Source: Eledone cirrhosa (taxonomy: Eukaryota). Taken from it: 64,000 bases of DNA. Under the pieces are notes generated by a model. It saw nothing but the letters and a program-made list of their open reading frames with translations. It did no database searches and had not been told where the DNA came from. The DNA lies in assembly GCA_964016885.1 (NCBI GenBank), contig OZ024743.1, positions 75,888,001 to 75,952,000 on the forward strand. Reading direction: 5' to 3'. This document shows, in pieces, positions 1-16,800 of the stretch (position 1 is its first letter; every line of letters starts with the position of its first letter). Position numbers and translations under genes: made by a program.

Positions 1-576
1 TATATAGCTGGTGCGGTCTATTGAATTATATATAGCTGGTGAGGTCTATTGTATTATATATAGCTAGTGATGACTATTGTATTATATATAGCTAGTGAGG
101 TCTATTGTATCATATATAGCTGGTGAGGTCTATTGTATTATATATAGCTAGTGAGGTCTATTTTATTATATATAGCTAGTGCGGTCTATTGTATTATATA
201 TAGCTAGTGAGGTCTATTGTATTATATATAGCTGGTGAGCTCTATTGTATTATATATAGCTGGTGAAGTCTATTGTATTATATATAGCTGGTGAGGTCTC
301 TTGTATTATATATAGCTGGTGAGGTCTATTGTATTATATATAGCTAGTGAGGTCTATTGTAGTATATATAGCTGGTGAGGTCTATTGTATTATATATAGC
401 TAGAGAGGTCTATTGTATTATATATAGCTAGTGATGTCTATTGTATTATATATAGCTGGTGAGGTCTATTGTATTATATATAAATAGTGAGGTCTATTGT
501 ATTATATATAGCTAGTGAGGTCTATTGTATTATATATAACTAGTGAGGTCTATTGTATTATATATAGCTGGTAAGG

Positions 577-3500
577 TCTATTGTATTATATATAGCTAGT
601 GAGGTCTATTGTATTATATATAGCTGGTGAGGTCTATTGTATTATATATAGCTAGTGAAGTCTATTGTATTATATATAGCTAGTGAGGTCTATTGTATTA
701 TATAAAGCCAGTGAGGTCTATTTTATTATATATAGCTAGTGAGGTCTATTGTATTATATATAGCTGGTAAGGTCTATTGTGTTATATATAGCTAGTGAGG
801 TCTATTGTATTAGATATAGCTAGTGAGGGCTATTGTATTATATATAGCTGGTGAAGTCTATTGTATTATATATAACTAGTGAGGGCTATTGTATTATATA
901 TGGCTAGTCATGTCTATTGTATTATATATAGCTAGTGAGGTCTATTGTATTATATATAGCTGGTGAGGTCTCTTGTATTATATATAGCTGGTGAGGTCTA
1001 TTGTATTATATATAGCTAGTGAGGGCTATTGTATTATATATGGCTAGTCATTTCTATTGTATTATATATAGCTAGTGAGGTCTATCGTATTATATAAAGC
1101 CAGTGAGGTCTATTTTATTTTATATAGCTAGTGAGGTCTATTGTATTATATATATCTGGTGAGGTCTATTGTATTATATATAGCTAGTGAAGTCTATTGT
1201 ATTATATATAGCTAGTGAGGTCTATTGTATTATATATAGCTGGTGAGCTCTATTGTATTATATATAGCTAGAGAGGTCTATTGTATTATATATAGCTGGT
1301 GAGGTCTATTGTATTATATATAGCTAGTGAGGTCTATTGTATTATATATAGCTAGTGAGGTCTATTGTATTATATATAGCTGGTGAGCTCTATTGTATTA
1401 TATATAGCTAGAGAGCTCTATTGTATTATATATAGCTAGTGAGGTCTATTGTATTATATATAGCTAGTGAGGTCTATTGTATTATATATAGCTAGTGAGG
1501 TCTATTGTATTATATATAGCTAGTGAGGTCTATTGTATTATATATAGCTAGTGAGGTCTATTGTATTATATATAGCTGGTGGAGTCTATTGTATTATATA
1601 TAGCTGGTGAGGTCTATTGTATTATATATAGCTGGTGAGGTCTTTTTTATTATATATAGCTGGTGCGGTCTATTGAATTATATATAGCTAGTGATGACTA
1701 TTGTATTATATATAGCTGGAGAGGTCTATTGTATTTTATATAGCTGGTGCGGTCTATTGTATTATATACAGTTAGGTGAGGTCTATTGTATCATATATAG
1801 CTAGTGAGGTCTATTTTATTATATATAGCTAGTGAAGTCTATTGTATTATATATAGCTAGTGAGGTCTATCGTATTATATATAGCTGGTGAGGTCTATTG
1901 TATTATATATAGCTGGTGAAGTCTATTGTATTATATATAGCTGGTGAGGTCTATTGTATTATATATAGATAGTGAGGTCTATTGTATTATATATAGCTAG
2001 AGAGGTCTATTGTATTATATATAGTTGGTGAGGTCTATTGTATTATATATAGCTAGTGAGGTCTATTGTATTATATATAGCTGGTGAGCTCTATTGTATT
2101 ATATATAGCTGGTGAGGTCTATTGAATTATATATAGCTGGTGCGGTCTATTGTATTATATATAGTTAGGTGAGCTCTATTGTATTATATATGGCTAGTCA
2201 TGTCTATTGTATGATATATAGCTGGTGAGGTCTATTGTATTATATATAGCTGCTCCATTGTATTATATATAGCTGGTGAGGTCTATTGTATTATATATAG
2301 CTGTTGAGGTCTATTGTATTATATATAATTAGTGAGGTCTATTGTATTATATATAGCTGCTCTATTGTATTATATATAGCTAGTGAGGTCTATTGTATTA
2401 TATATAGCTAGTGAGGTCTATTGTATTATATATAGCTGGTGAGGTCTATTTTATTATATATAGCTGGTGCGGTCTATTGAATTATATATAGCTGGTGAGG
2501 TCTATTGTATTATATATAGCTAGTGATGACTATTGTATTATATATAGCTAGTGAGGTCTATTGTATCATATATAGCTGGTGAGGTCTATTGTATTATATA
2601 TAGCTAGTGAGGTCTATTTTATTATATATAGCTAGTGCGGTCTATTGTATTATATATAGCTAGTGAGGTCTATTGTATTATATATAGCTGGTGAGCTCTA
2701 TTGTATTATATATAGCTAGTGAGGTCTATTGTATTATATATAGCTGGTGAGGTCTATTGTATTATATATAGCTAGTGAAGTCTATTGTATTATATATAGC
2801 TAGTGAGGTCTATTGTATTATATAAAGCCAGTGAGGTCTATTTTATTATATATAGCTAGTGAGGTCTATTGTATTATATATAGCTGGTAAGGTCTATTGT
2901 GTTATATATAGCTAGTGAGGTCTATTGTATTAGATATAGCTAGTGAGGGCTATTGTATTATATATAGCTGGTGAAGTCTATTGTATTATATATAACTAGT
3001 GAGGGCTATTGTATTATATATGGCTAGTCATGTCTATTGTATTATATATAGCTAGTGAGGTCTATTGTATTATATATAGCTGGTGAGGTCTCTTGTATTA
3101 TATATAGCTGGTGAGGTCTATTGTATTATATATAGCTAGTGAGGGCTATTGTATTATATATGGCTAGTCATTTCTATTGTATTATATATAGCTAGTGAGG
3201 TCTATCGTATTATATAAAGCCAGTGAGGTCTATTTTATTTTATATAGCTAGTGAGGTCTATTGTATTATATATATCTGGTGAGGTCTATTGTATTATATA
3301 TAGCTAGTGAAGTCTATTGTATTATATATAGCTAGTGAGGTCTATTGTATTATATATAGCTGGTGAGCTCTATTGTATTATATATAGCTAGAGAGGTCTA
3401 TTGTATTATATATAGCTGGTGAGGTCTATTGTATTATATATAGCTAGTGAGGTCTATTGTATTATATATAGCTAGTGAGGTCTATTGTATTATATATAGC

Positions 3501-4837
3501 TGGTGAGCTCTATTGTATTATATATAGCTAGAGAGCTCTATTGTATTATATATAGCTAGTGAGGTCTATTGTATTATATATAGCTAGTGAGGTCTATTGT
3601 ATTATATATAGCTAGTGAGGTCTATTGTATTATATATAGCTAGTGAGGTCTATTGTATTATATATAGCTAGTGAGGTCTATTGTATTATATATAGCTGGT
3701 GGAGTCTATTGTATTATATATAGCTGGTGAGGTCTATTGTATTATATATAGCTGGTGAGGTCTTTTTTATTATATATAGCTGGTGCGGTCTATTGAATTA
3801 TATATAGCTAGTGATGACTATTGTATTATATATAGCTAGAGAGGTCTATTGTATTTTATATAGCTGGTGCGGTCTATTGTATTATATACAGTTAGGTGAG
3901 GTCTATTGTATCATATATAGCTAGTGAGGTCTATTTTATTATATATAGCTAGTGAAGTCTATTGTATTATATATAGCTAGTGAGGTCTATCGTATTATAT
4001 ATAGCTGGTGAGGTCTATTGTATTATATATAGCTGGTGAAGTCTATTGTATTATATATAGCTGGTGAGGTCTATTGTATTATATATAGATAGTGAGGTCT
4101 ATTGTATTATATATAGCTAGAGAGGTCTATTGTATTATATATAGTTGGTGAGGTCTATTGTATTATATATAGCTAGTGAGGTCTATTGTATTATATATAG
4201 CTGGTGAGCTCTATTGTATTATATATAGCTGGTGAGGTCTATTGAATTATATATAGCTGGTGCGGTCTATTGTATTATATATAGTTAGGTGAGCTCTATT
4301 GTATTATATATGGCTAGTCATGTCTATTGTATGATATATAGCTGGTGAGGTCTATTGTATTATATATAGCTGCTCCATTGTATTATATATAGCTGGTGAG
4401 GTCTATTGTATTATATATAGCTGTTGAGGTCTATTGTATTATATATAATTAGTGAGGTCTATTGTATTATATATAGCTGCTCTATTGTATTATATATAGC
4501 TAGTGAGGTCTATTGTATTATATATAGCTAGTGAGGTCTATTGTATTATATATAGCTGGTGAGGTCTATTTTATTATATATAGCTGGTGCGGTCTATTGA
4601 ATTATATATAGCTGGTGAGGTCTATTGTATTATATATAGCTAGTGATGACTATTGTATTATATATAGCTAGTGAGGTCTATTGTATCATATATAGCTGGT
4701 GAGGTCTATTGTATTATATATAGCTAGTGAGGTCTATTTTATTATATATAGCTAGTGCGGTCTATTGTATTATATATAGCTAGTGAGGTCTATTGTATTA
4801 TATATAGCTGGTGAGCTCTATTGTATTATATATAGCT
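577..4837. repeat. Higher-order tandem duplication inside the satellite, period 2120 bp (76 monomers)
   Basis: Rare variants recur at offset 2120: GTTATATATA at 781/2901 and ATTATATACAGTTAGG at 1761/3881; 76x28 - 2x5 + 2x1 = 2120. Confidence 0.9.
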
Positions 4838-7800
4838 GGTGAAGTCTATTGTATTATATATAGCTGGTGAGGTCTCTTGTATTATATATAGCTGGTGAGG
4901 TCTATTGTATTATATATAGCTAGTGAGGTCTATTGGATTATATATAGCTGGTGCGGTCTATTGTATTATATATAGCTAGTGAGGGCTATTGTATTATATA
5001 TGGCTAGTCATGTCTATTGTATTATATATACCTGGTGAGGTCTATTGTATTATATATATCTGGTGAAGTTTATCGTATGATATATAGCTGGTGAGGTCTA
5101 TTGTATTATATATAGCTGGTGAGGTCTATTGTATTATATATAGCTAGTGAGGTCTATTGTATTATATATAGCTGGTGAGGTCTATTGTATTATATATAGC
5201 TAGTGGGGGCTATTGTATTATATATGGCTAGTCATGTCTATTGTTTTATATATAGCTAGTGAGGTCTATTGTATTAAATAAAGCTAGTGAGGTCTATTTT
5301 ATTATATATAGCTAGTGAGGTCTATTGTATTATATATAGCTGGTGAGGTCTATTGTATTATATATAGCTAGTGAGGTCTATTTTATTATATATAGCTGGT
5401 GAGGTCTATTGTATTATATATAGCTGGTGAGGTCTCTTGTATTATATATAGCTGCTCTATTGTATTATATATAGCTAGTGAGGTCTATTGTATTATATAT
5501 AGCTAGTGAGGTCTATTGTATTATATATAGCTAGTGCGGTCTATTGTATTATAAATAGCTAGTGAGGTCTATTGTATTATATATAGCTGGTGAAGTCTAT
5601 TGTATTATATATAGCTGGTGAGGTTTCTTGTATTATATATAGCTGGTGAAGTCTATTGTATTATATATAGCTGGTGAGGTCTCTTGTATTATATATAGCT
5701 GCTCTATTGTATTATATATAGCTAGTGAGGTCTATTGTATTATATATAGCTAGTGAGGTCTATTGTATTATATATAGCTGGTGAGGTCTATTTTATTATA
5801 TATAGCTGGTGCGGTCTATTGAATTATATATAGCTAGTGATGACTATTGTATTATATATAGCTAGTGAGGTCTATTGTATCATATATAGCTGGTGATGTT
5901 TATTGTATTATATATAGCTAGTGAGGTCTATTTTATTATATATAGCTAGAGCGGTCTATTGTATTATATATAGCTAGTGAGGTCTATTGTATTATATATA
6001 GCTGGTGAAGTCTATTGTATTATATATAGCTGGTGAGGTCTCTTGTATTATATATAGCTGGTGAAGTCTATTGTATTATATATAGCTGGTGAGGTCTCTT
6101 GTATTATATATAGCTGGTGAGGTCTATTGTATTATATATAGCTGTTGAGGTCTATTGTATTATATATAGCTAGTGAGGTCTATTGTATTATATATAGCTG
6201 GTGAAGTCTATTGTATTATATATAGCTGGTGAGGCCTCTTGTATTATATATAGCTGGTGAAGTCTATTGTATTATATATAACTAGTGAGGGCTATTGTAT
6301 TATATATGGCTAGTCATGTCTATTGTATTATATATAGCTAGTGAGGTCTATCGTATTATATAAAGCCAGTGAGTTCTATTTTATTTTATATAGCTAGTGA
6401 GGTCTATTGTATTATATATATCTGGTGAGGTCTATTGTATTATATATAGCTAGTGAGGTCTATTGTATTATATATAGCTAGTGAGGTCTATTGTATTATA
6501 TATAGCTGGTGAGCTCTATTGTATTATATATAGCTAGAGAGGTCTATTGTATTATATATAGCTGGTGAGGTCTATTGTATTATATATAGCTAGTGAGGTC
6601 TATTGTATTATATATAGCTAGTGATGTCTATTGTATTATATATAGCTAGTGAGGTCTATTGTATTATATATAACTAGTGAGGTCTATTGTATTATATATA
6701 GCTAGTGAGGTCTATTGTATTATATATAGCTGGTGAAGTCTATTGTATTATATATAGCTGGTGAGGTCTATTTTATTATATATAGCTGGTGCGGTCTATT
6801 GAATTATATATAGCTAGTGATGACTATTGTATTATATATAGCTAGTGAGGTCTATTGTATTTTATATAGCTGGTGCGGTCTATTGTATTATATACAGTTA
6901 GGTGAGGTCTATTGTATCATATATAGCTAGTGACGTCTATTTTATTATATATAGCTAGTGAGGTCTATTGTATTATATATAGCTAGTGAGGTCTATTGTA
7001 TTATATATAGCTGATGAGGTCTATTGTATTATATATAGCTGGTGAAGTCTATTGTATTATATATAGCTGGTGATGTCTATTGTATTATATATACATAGTG
7101 AGGTCTATTGTATTATATATAGCTAGAGAGGTCTATTGTATTATATATAGCTGGTGAGGTCTATTGTATTATATATAGCTAGTGAGGTCTATTGTATTAT
7201 ATATAGCTGGTGAGCTCTATTGTATTATATATAGCTGGTGCGGTCTATTGTATTATATATAGTTAGGTGAGCTCTATTGTATTATATATGGCTAGTCATG
7301 TCTATTGTATCATATATAGCTGGTGAGGTCTATTGTATTATATATAGCTGCTCTATTGTATTATATATAGCTAGTGAGGTCTATTGTATTATATATAGCT
7401 AGTGAGGTCTATTGTATTATATATAGCTGGTGAGGTCTATTGTATTATATAAAGCTAGTGAGGTCTATTTTATTATATATAGCTAGTGAGGTCTATTTTA
7501 TTATATATAGCTAGTGCGGTCTATTGTATTATATATAGCTAGTGAGGTCTATTGTATTATATATAGCTGGTGAAGTCTATTGTATTATATATAGCTGGTG
7601 AGGTCTCTTGTATTATATATAGCTGGTGAAGTCTATTGAATTATATATAGCTGGTGAGGTCTCTTGTATTATATATAGCTGCTCTATTGTATTATATATA
7701 GCTAGTGAGGTCTATTGTATTATATATAGCTAGTGAAGTCTATTGTATTATATATAGCTGGTGAGTTCTATTTTATTATATATAGCAGGTGCGGTCTATT

Positions 7801-10800
7801 GAATTATATATAGCTAGTGATGACTATTGTATTATATATAGCTAGTGAGGTCTATTGTATCATATATAGCTGGTGAGGTCTATTGTAATATATATAGCTA
7901 GTGAGGTCTATTTTATTATATATAGCTAGTGCGGTCTATTGTATTATATATAGCTGGTGAGGTCTCTTGTATTATATATAGCTGGTGAGGTCTATTGTAT
8001 TATATATAGCTAGTGAGGGCTATTGTATTATATATGGCTAGTCATGTCTATTGTATTATATATAGCTAGTGAGGTCTATCGTATTATATAAAGCCAGTGA
8101 GGGGTCTATTTTATTTTATATAGCTAGTGAGGTCTATTGTATTATATATAGCTAGTGAGGTCTATTGTATTATATATAGCTGGTGAGCTCTAATGTATTA
8201 TATATAGCTAGAGAGGTCTATAGTATTATATATAGATGGTGAGGTCTATTGTATTATATATAGCTAGTGAGGTCTATTGTATTATATATAGCTAGTGAGG
8301 TCTATTGTATTATATATAGCTGGTGAGGTCTATTGTATTATATATAGCTAGTGAGGGCTATTGTATTATATATGGCTAGTCATGTCTATTGTATTATATA
8401 TAGCTAGTGAGGTCTATTGTATTATATAAAGCTAGTGAGGTCTATTTTATTATATATAGCTAGTGAGGTCTATTTTATTATATATAGCTAGTGCGGTCTA
8501 TTGTATTATATATAGCTAGTGAGGTCTATTGTATTATATATAGCTGGTGAAGTCTATTGTATTATATATAGCTGGTGAGGTCTCTTGTATTATATATAGC
8601 TGGTGAAGTCTATTGTATTATATATAGCTGGTGAGGTCTCTTGTATTATATATAGCTGCTCTATTGTATTATATATAGCTAGTGAGGTCTATTGTATTAT
8701 ATATAGCTAGTGAGGTCTATTGTATTATATATAGCTGGTGAGGTCTATTTTATTATATATAGCTGGTGCGGTCTATTGAATTATATATAGCTAGTGATGA
8801 CTATTGTATTATATATAGTTAGTGAGGTCTATTGTATCATATATAGCTGGTGAGGTCTATTGTATCATATATAGCTAGTGAGGTCTATTTTATTATATAT
8901 AGCTAGTGCGGTCTATTGTATTATATAGAGCTAGTGAGGTCTATTGTATTATATATAGCTGGTGAAGTCTATTGTATTATATATAGCTGGTGAGGTCTCT
9001 TGTATTATATATAGCTGGTGAAGTCTATTGTATTATATATAGCTGGTGAGGTCTCTTGTATTATATATAGCTGGTGAGGTCTATTGTATTATATATAGCT
9101 GGTGAGGTCTATTGTATTATATATAGCTAGTGAGGTCTATTGTATTATATATAGCTGGTGAAGTCTATTGTATTATATATAGCTGGTGAGGCCTCTTGTA
9201 TTATATATAGCTGGTGAAGTCTATTGTATTATATATAACTAGTGAGGGCTATTGTATTATATATAGCTGGTGAGGTCTATTGTATTATATATAGCTGGTG
9301 AAGTCTATTGTATTATATATAGCTGGTGAGGTCTATTGTATTATATATACATAGTGAGGTCTATTGTATTATATATAGCTAGAGAGGTCTATTGTATTAT
9401 ATATAGCTGGTGAGGTCTATTGTATTATATATAGCTAGTGAGGTCTATTATATTATATATATCTGGTGAGGTCCATTGTATTATATATAGTTAGGTGAGC
9501 TCTATTGTATTATATATGGCTAGTCATGTCTATTGTATCATATATAGCTGGTGAGGTCTATTGTATTATATATAGCTGCTCCATTGTATTATATATAGCT
9601 GGTGAGGTCTATTGTATTATATATAGCTGTTGAGGTCTATTGTATTATATATAACTAGTGAGGTCTATTGTATTATATATAGCTGCTCTATTGTATTATA
9701 TATAGCTAGTGAGGTCTATTGTATTATATATAGCTAGTGAGGTCTATTGTATTATATATAGCTGGTGAGGTCTATTTTATTATATATAGCTGGTGCGGTC
9801 TATTGAATTATATATAGCTGGTGAGGTCTATTGTATTATATATAGCTAGTGATGACTATTGTATTATATATAGCTGGTGAGGTCTATTGTATCATATATA
9901 GCTGGTGAGGTCTATTGTATTATATATAGCTAGTGAGGTCTATTTTATTATATATAGCTAGTGCGGTCTATTGTATTATATATAGCTAGTGAGGTCTATT
10001 GTATAATATATAGCTGGTGAGGTCTATTGTATTATATATAGCTGGTGAAGTCTATTGTATTATATATAGCTGCTGAGGTCTCTTGTATTATATATAGCTG
10101 GTGAGGTCTATTGTATTATATATAGCTAGTGAGGTATATTGTATTATATATAGATGGTGAGGTCTATTGTATTATATATAGCTAGTGAGGGCTATTGTAT
10201 TATATATGGCTAGACATGTCTATTGTATAATATATACCTGGTGAGGTCTATTGTATTATATATAGCTAGTGAGGTCTATTGTATTATATATAGCTAGTGA
10301 GGTCTATTGTATTATATAAAGCTAGTGAGGTCTATTTTATTATATATAGCTAGTGAGGTCTATTGTATTATATATATCTGGTGAGGTCTATTGTATTATA
10401 TATAGCTAGTGACGTCTATTGTATTATATATATCTGGTGAGGTCTATTGTATTATATATAGCTGGTGAGGTCTATTGTATTATATATAGCTAGTGAGGTC
10501 TATTGTATTATATATAGCTGGTGAGGTCTATTGTATTATATATATCTGGTGAAGTTTATTGTATGATATATAGCTGGTGAGGTCTATTGTATTATATATA
10601 GCTGGTGAAGTCTATTGTATTATATATAGCTAGTGAGGTCTATTGTATTATATATAGCTGGTGAGGTCTATTGTATTATATATAGCTAGTGAGGGCTATT
10701 GTATTATATATGGCTAGTCATGTCTATTGTATTATATATAGATAGTGAGGTCTATTGTATTATATAAAGCTAGTGAGGTCTATTTTATTATATATAGCTA

Positions 10801-13800
10801 GTGAGGTCTATTTTATTATATATAGCTAGTGCGGTCTATTGTATTATATATAGCTAGTGAGGTCTATTGTATCATATATAGCTGGTGAGGTCTATTGTAT
10901 TATATATAGCTAGTGAGGTCTATTTTATTATATATAGCTAGTGCGGTCTATTGTATTATATATAGCTGGTGAGGTCTCCTGTATTATATATAGCTGGTGA
11001 GGTCTATTGTATTATATATAGCTAGTGAGGGCTATTGTATTATATATGGCTAGTCATGTCTATTGTATTATATATAGCTAGTGAGGTCTATCGTATTATA
11101 TAAAGCCAGTGAGGGGTCTATTTTATTTTATATAGCTAGTGAGGTCTATTGTATTATATATAGCTAGTGAGGTCTATTGTATTATATATAGCTGGTGAGC
11201 TCTAATGTATTATATATAGCTAGAGAGGTCTATAGTATTATATATAGATGGTGAGGTCTATTGTATTATATATAGCTAGTGAGGTCTATTGTATTATATA
11301 TAGCTAGTGAGGTCTATTGTATTATATATAGCTGGTGAGGTCTATTGTATTATATATAGCTGGTGAGGTCTATAGTATTATATATAGCTGGTGAGGTCTA
11401 TTGTATTATATATAGCTAGTGAGGTCTATTGTATTATATATAGCTAGTGAGGTCTATTGTATTATATATAGCTGGTGAGCTCTATTGTATTATATATAGC
11501 TAGAGAGCTCTATTGTATTATATATAGCTAGTGAGGTCTATTGTATTATATATAGCTAGTGAGGTCTATTGTATTATATATAGCTAGTGAGGTCTATTGT
11601 ATTATATATAGTTAGTGAGGTCTATTGTATTATATATAACTAGTGAGGTCTATTGTATTATATATAGCTAGTGAGGTCTATTGTATTATATATAGCTGGT
11701 GAAGTCTATTGTATTATATATAGCTGGTGAGGTCTATTGTATTATATATAGCTGGTGAGGTCTATTTTATTATATATAGCTGGTGCGGTCTATTGAATTA
11801 TATATAGCTAGTGATGACTATTGTATTATATATAGCTAGTTAGGTCTATTGTATTTTATATAGCTGGTGCGGTCTATTGTATTATATACAGTTAGGTGAG
11901 GTCTATTGTAACATATATAGCTAGTGAGGTCTATTTTATTATATATAGCTAGTGAGGTCTATTGTATTATATATAGCTAGTGAGGTGTATTGTATTATAT
12001 ATAGCTGGTGAGGTCTATTGTATTATATATAGCTGGTGAAGTCTGTTGTATTATATATAGCTGGTGAGGTCTATTGTATTATATATAGATAGTGAGGTCT
12101 ATTGTATTATATAAAGCTAGAGTGGTCTATTGTATTATATATAGCTGGTGAGGTCTATTGTATTATATATAGCTAGTGAGGTCTATTGTATTATATATAG
12201 CTGGTGAGCTCTATTGTATTATATATAGCTGGTGAGGTCTATTGAATTATATATAGCTGGTGCGGTCTATTGTATTATATATAGTTAGGTGAGCTCTATT
12301 GTATTATATATGTCTAGTCATGTCTATTGTTTCATATATAGCTGGTGAGGTCTATTGTATTATATATAGCTGCTCCATTGTATTATATATAGCTGGTGAG
12401 GTCTATTGTATTATATATAGCTGTTGAGGTCTATTGTATTATATATAACTAGTGAGGTCTATTGTATTATATATAGCTGCTCTATTGTATTATATATAGC
12501 TAGTGAGTTCTATTGTATTATATATAGCTAGTGAGGTCTATTGTATTATATATACTTGGTGAGGTCTATTTTATTATATATAGCTGGTGCGGTCTATTGA
12601 ATTATATATAGCTGGTGAGGTCTATTGTATTATATAAAGCTAGTGATGACTATTGTATTATATATAGCAAGTGAGGTCTATTGTATTATATATAGCTGGT
12701 GAGGTCTATTGTATCATATATAGCTAGTGAAGTCTATTGTATTATATATAGCTAGTGAGGTCTATTGTATTATATAAAGCCAGTGAGGTCTATTTTATTA
12801 TATATAGCTAGTGAGGTCTATTGTATTATATATAGCTGGTGAGGTCTATTGTGTTATATATAGCTAGAGAGGTCTATTGTATTATATATAGCTAGTGAGG
12901 GCTATTGTATTATATATAGCTGCTGAAGTCTATTGTATTATATATAGCTAGTGAGGTCTATTGTATTATATATAGCTGGTGAGCTCTATTGTATTATATA
13001 TAGCTAGAGAGGTCTATTGTATTATATATAGCTGGTGAGGTCTATTATATTATATATAGCTAGTGAGCTCTATTGTATTATATATAGCTAGTGAGGGCTA
13101 TTGTATTATATATGGCTAGTCAAGTCTATTGTATTATATATAGCTAGTGAGGTCTATTGTATTATATAAAGCCAGTGAGGTGTATTTTATTATATATAGC
13201 TAGTGAGGTCTATTGTATTATATATAGCTGGTGAGGTCTATTGTGTTATATATAGCTAGTGAGGTCTATTGTATTATATATAGCTAGTGAGGTCTATTGT
13301 ATTATATATAGCTGGTGAGGTCTATTTTATTTTATACAGCTGGTGCGGTCTATTGAATTATATATAGCTAGTGATGACTATTGTATTATATATAGCTAGT
13401 GAGGTATATTGTATTTTATATAGCCGGTGCGGTCTATTGTATTATATATAGTTAGGTGAGGTCTATTGTATCATATATAGCTGGTGAGGTCTATTGTATT
13501 ATATATAGCTAGTGAGGTCTATTTTATTATATATAGCTAGTGCGGTCTATTGTATTATATATAGCTAGTGAGGTCTATTGTATTATATATAGCTGGTGAG
13601 GTCTATTGTATTATATATAGCTGGCGAAGTCTATTGTATTATATATAGCGGGTGAGGTCTATTGTATTATATATAGCTGGTGAGGTCTATTGTATTATAT
13701 ATAGCTAGTGAGGTCTATTGTATTATATATGGCTGGTGAGGTTTATTGTATTATATAAAGCTAGTGAGGTCTATTTTATTATATATAGGTAGTGAGGACT

Positions 13801-16800
13801 ATTGTATTATATATGGCTAGTCATGTCTATGGTATTATATATAGCTAGTGAGGTCTATTTTATTATATATAGCTGGTGAGGTCTATTGTATTATATATAG
13901 CTAGTGAGGTCTGTTGTATTATATATAGCTGGTGAGGTCTATTTTGTTATATATAGCTAGTGAGGACTATTGTATTATATATAGCTAGTGATGTCTATTG
14001 TATTATATGTAGCTGGTGAGGTCTATTGTGTTATATATAGCTGGTGAGCTCTATTATATTATATATAACTAGTGAGGTCTATTGTATTATATATAGCTGG
14101 TGAGGTGATTGTATTATATATAACTAGTGAGGGCTATTGTATTATATATGGCTAGTCATGTCTATTGTATTATATATAGCTAGTGAGGTCTATTGTATTA
14201 TATATAGCTAGTGATGTCTATTGTATTATATATAGCTGGTGAGGTCTATTGTATTATATATAACTAGTGAGGTCTATTGTATTATATATAGCTGGTGAGG
14301 TGATTGTATTATATATAACTAGTGAGGGCTATTGTATTATATATGGCTAGTCATGTCTATTGTATTATATATAGCTAGTGAGGTCTATTGTATTATATAT
14401 AGCTGGTGAGGTCTCTTGTATTATATATAGCTGGTGAGGTCTATTGTATTATATATAGCTAGTGAGGGCTATTGTATTATATATGGCTAGTCATGTCTAT
14501 TGTATTATATATAGCTAGTGAGGCCTATCGTATTATATAAAGCCAGTGAGGTCTATTTTATTTTATATAGCTAGTGAGGTCTATTGTATTATATATATCT
14601 GGTGAGGTCTATTGTATTATATATAGCTAGTGAGGTCTATTGTATTATATATAGCTAGTGAGGTCTATTGTATTATATATAGCTGGTGAGCTCTATTGTA
14701 TTATATATAGCTAGAGAGCTCTATTGTATTATATATAGCTAGTGAGGTCTATTGTATTATATATAGCTGGTGAAGTCTATTGTATTATATATAGCTGGTG
14801 AGGTCTATTGTATTATATATAGCTGGTGCGGTCTATTGTATTATATACAGTTAGGTGAGGTCTATTGTATTATATATAGCTAGAGAGCTCTATTGTATTA
14901 TATATAGCTAGTGAGGTCTATTGTATTATATATAGCTGGTGAGCTCTATTGTATTATATATAGCTAGAGAGCTCTATTGTTTTATATATAGCTAGTGATG
15001 TCTATTGTATTATATATAGCTGGTGAGGTCTATTGTATTATATATAACTAGTGAGGTCTATTGTATTATATATAGCTGGTGAGGTCTATTGTATTATATA
15101 TAACTAGTGAGGGCTATTGTATTATATATGGCTAGTCATGTCTATTGTATTATATATAGCTAGTGAGGTCTATTGTATTATATATAGCTGGTGAGGTCTC
15201 TTGTATTATATATAGCTGGTGAGGTCTATTGTATTATATATAGCTAGTGAGGGCTATTGTATTATATATGGCTAGTCATGTCTATTGTATTATATATAGC
15301 TAGTGAGGCCTATCGTATTATATAAAGCCAGTGAGGTCTATTTTATTTTATATAGCTAGTGAGGTCTATTGTATTATATATAACTAGTGAGGTCTATTGT
15401 ATTATATATAGCTAGTGAGGTCTATTGTATTATATATAGCTGGTGAAGTCTATTGTATTATATATAGCTGGTGATGTCTATTGTATTATATATAGCTGGT
15501 GAGGTCTATTTTATTATATATAGCTGGTGCGGTCTATTGAATTATATATAGCTAGTGATGTCTATTGTATTATATATAGCTAGTGAGGTCTATTGTATTT
15601 TATATAGCTGGTGCGGTCTATTGTATTATATACAGTTAGGTGAGGTCTATTGTATCATATATAGCTAGTGAGGTCTATTTTATTATATATAGCTAGTGAG
15701 GTCTATTGTATTATATATAGCTAGTGAGGTCTATTGTATTATATATAGCTGGTGAGGTCTATTGTATTATATATAGCTGGTGAAGTCTATTGTATTATAT
15801 ATAGCTGGTGAGGTCTATTGTATTATATATACATAGTGAGGTCTATTGTATTATATATAGCTAGAGAGGTCTGTTGTATTATATATAGCTGGTGAGGTCT
15901 ATTGTATTATATATAGCTAGTGAGGTCTATTGTATTATATATAGCTGGTGAGCTCTATTGTATTATATATAGCTGGTGCGGTCTATTGTATTATATATAG
16001 TTAGGTGAGCTCTATTGTATTATATATGGCTAGTCATGTCTATTGTATCATATATAGCTGGTGAGGTCTATTGTATTATATATAGCTGCTCCATTGTATT
16101 ATATATAGCTAGTGAGGTCTATTGTATTATATATAGCTAGTGAGGTCTATTGTATTATATATAGCTGGTGAGGTCTATTTTATTATATATAGCTGGTGCG
16201 GTCTATTGAATTATATATAGCTGGTGATGACTATTGTATTATATATAGCTAGTGAGGTCTATTGTATCATATATAGCTGGTGAGGTCTATTGTATTATAT
16301 ATAACTAGTGAGGTCTATTGTATTATATATAGCTGCTCTATTGTATTATATATAGCTAGTGAGGTCTATTGTATTATATATAGCTAGTGAGGTCTATTGT
16401 ATTATATATAGCTGGTGAGGTCTATTTTATTATATATAGCTGGTGCGGTCTATTGAATTATATATAGCTGGTGATGACTATTGTATTATATATAGCTAGT
16501 GAGGTCTATTGTATCATATATAGCTGGTGAGGTCTATTGTATTATATATAGCTAGTGAGGTCTATTTTATTATATATAGCTAGTGCGGTCTATTGTATTA
16601 TATATAGCTAGTGAGGTCTATTGTATTATATATAGCTGGTGAGGTCTATTGTATTATATATAGCTGGTGAAGTCTATTGTATTATATATAGCTGGTGAGG
16701 TCTCTTGTATTATATATAGCTGGTGAGGTCTATTGTATTATATATAGCTAGTGAGGTCTATTGGATTATATATAGCTGGTGAGGTCTATTGTATTATATA

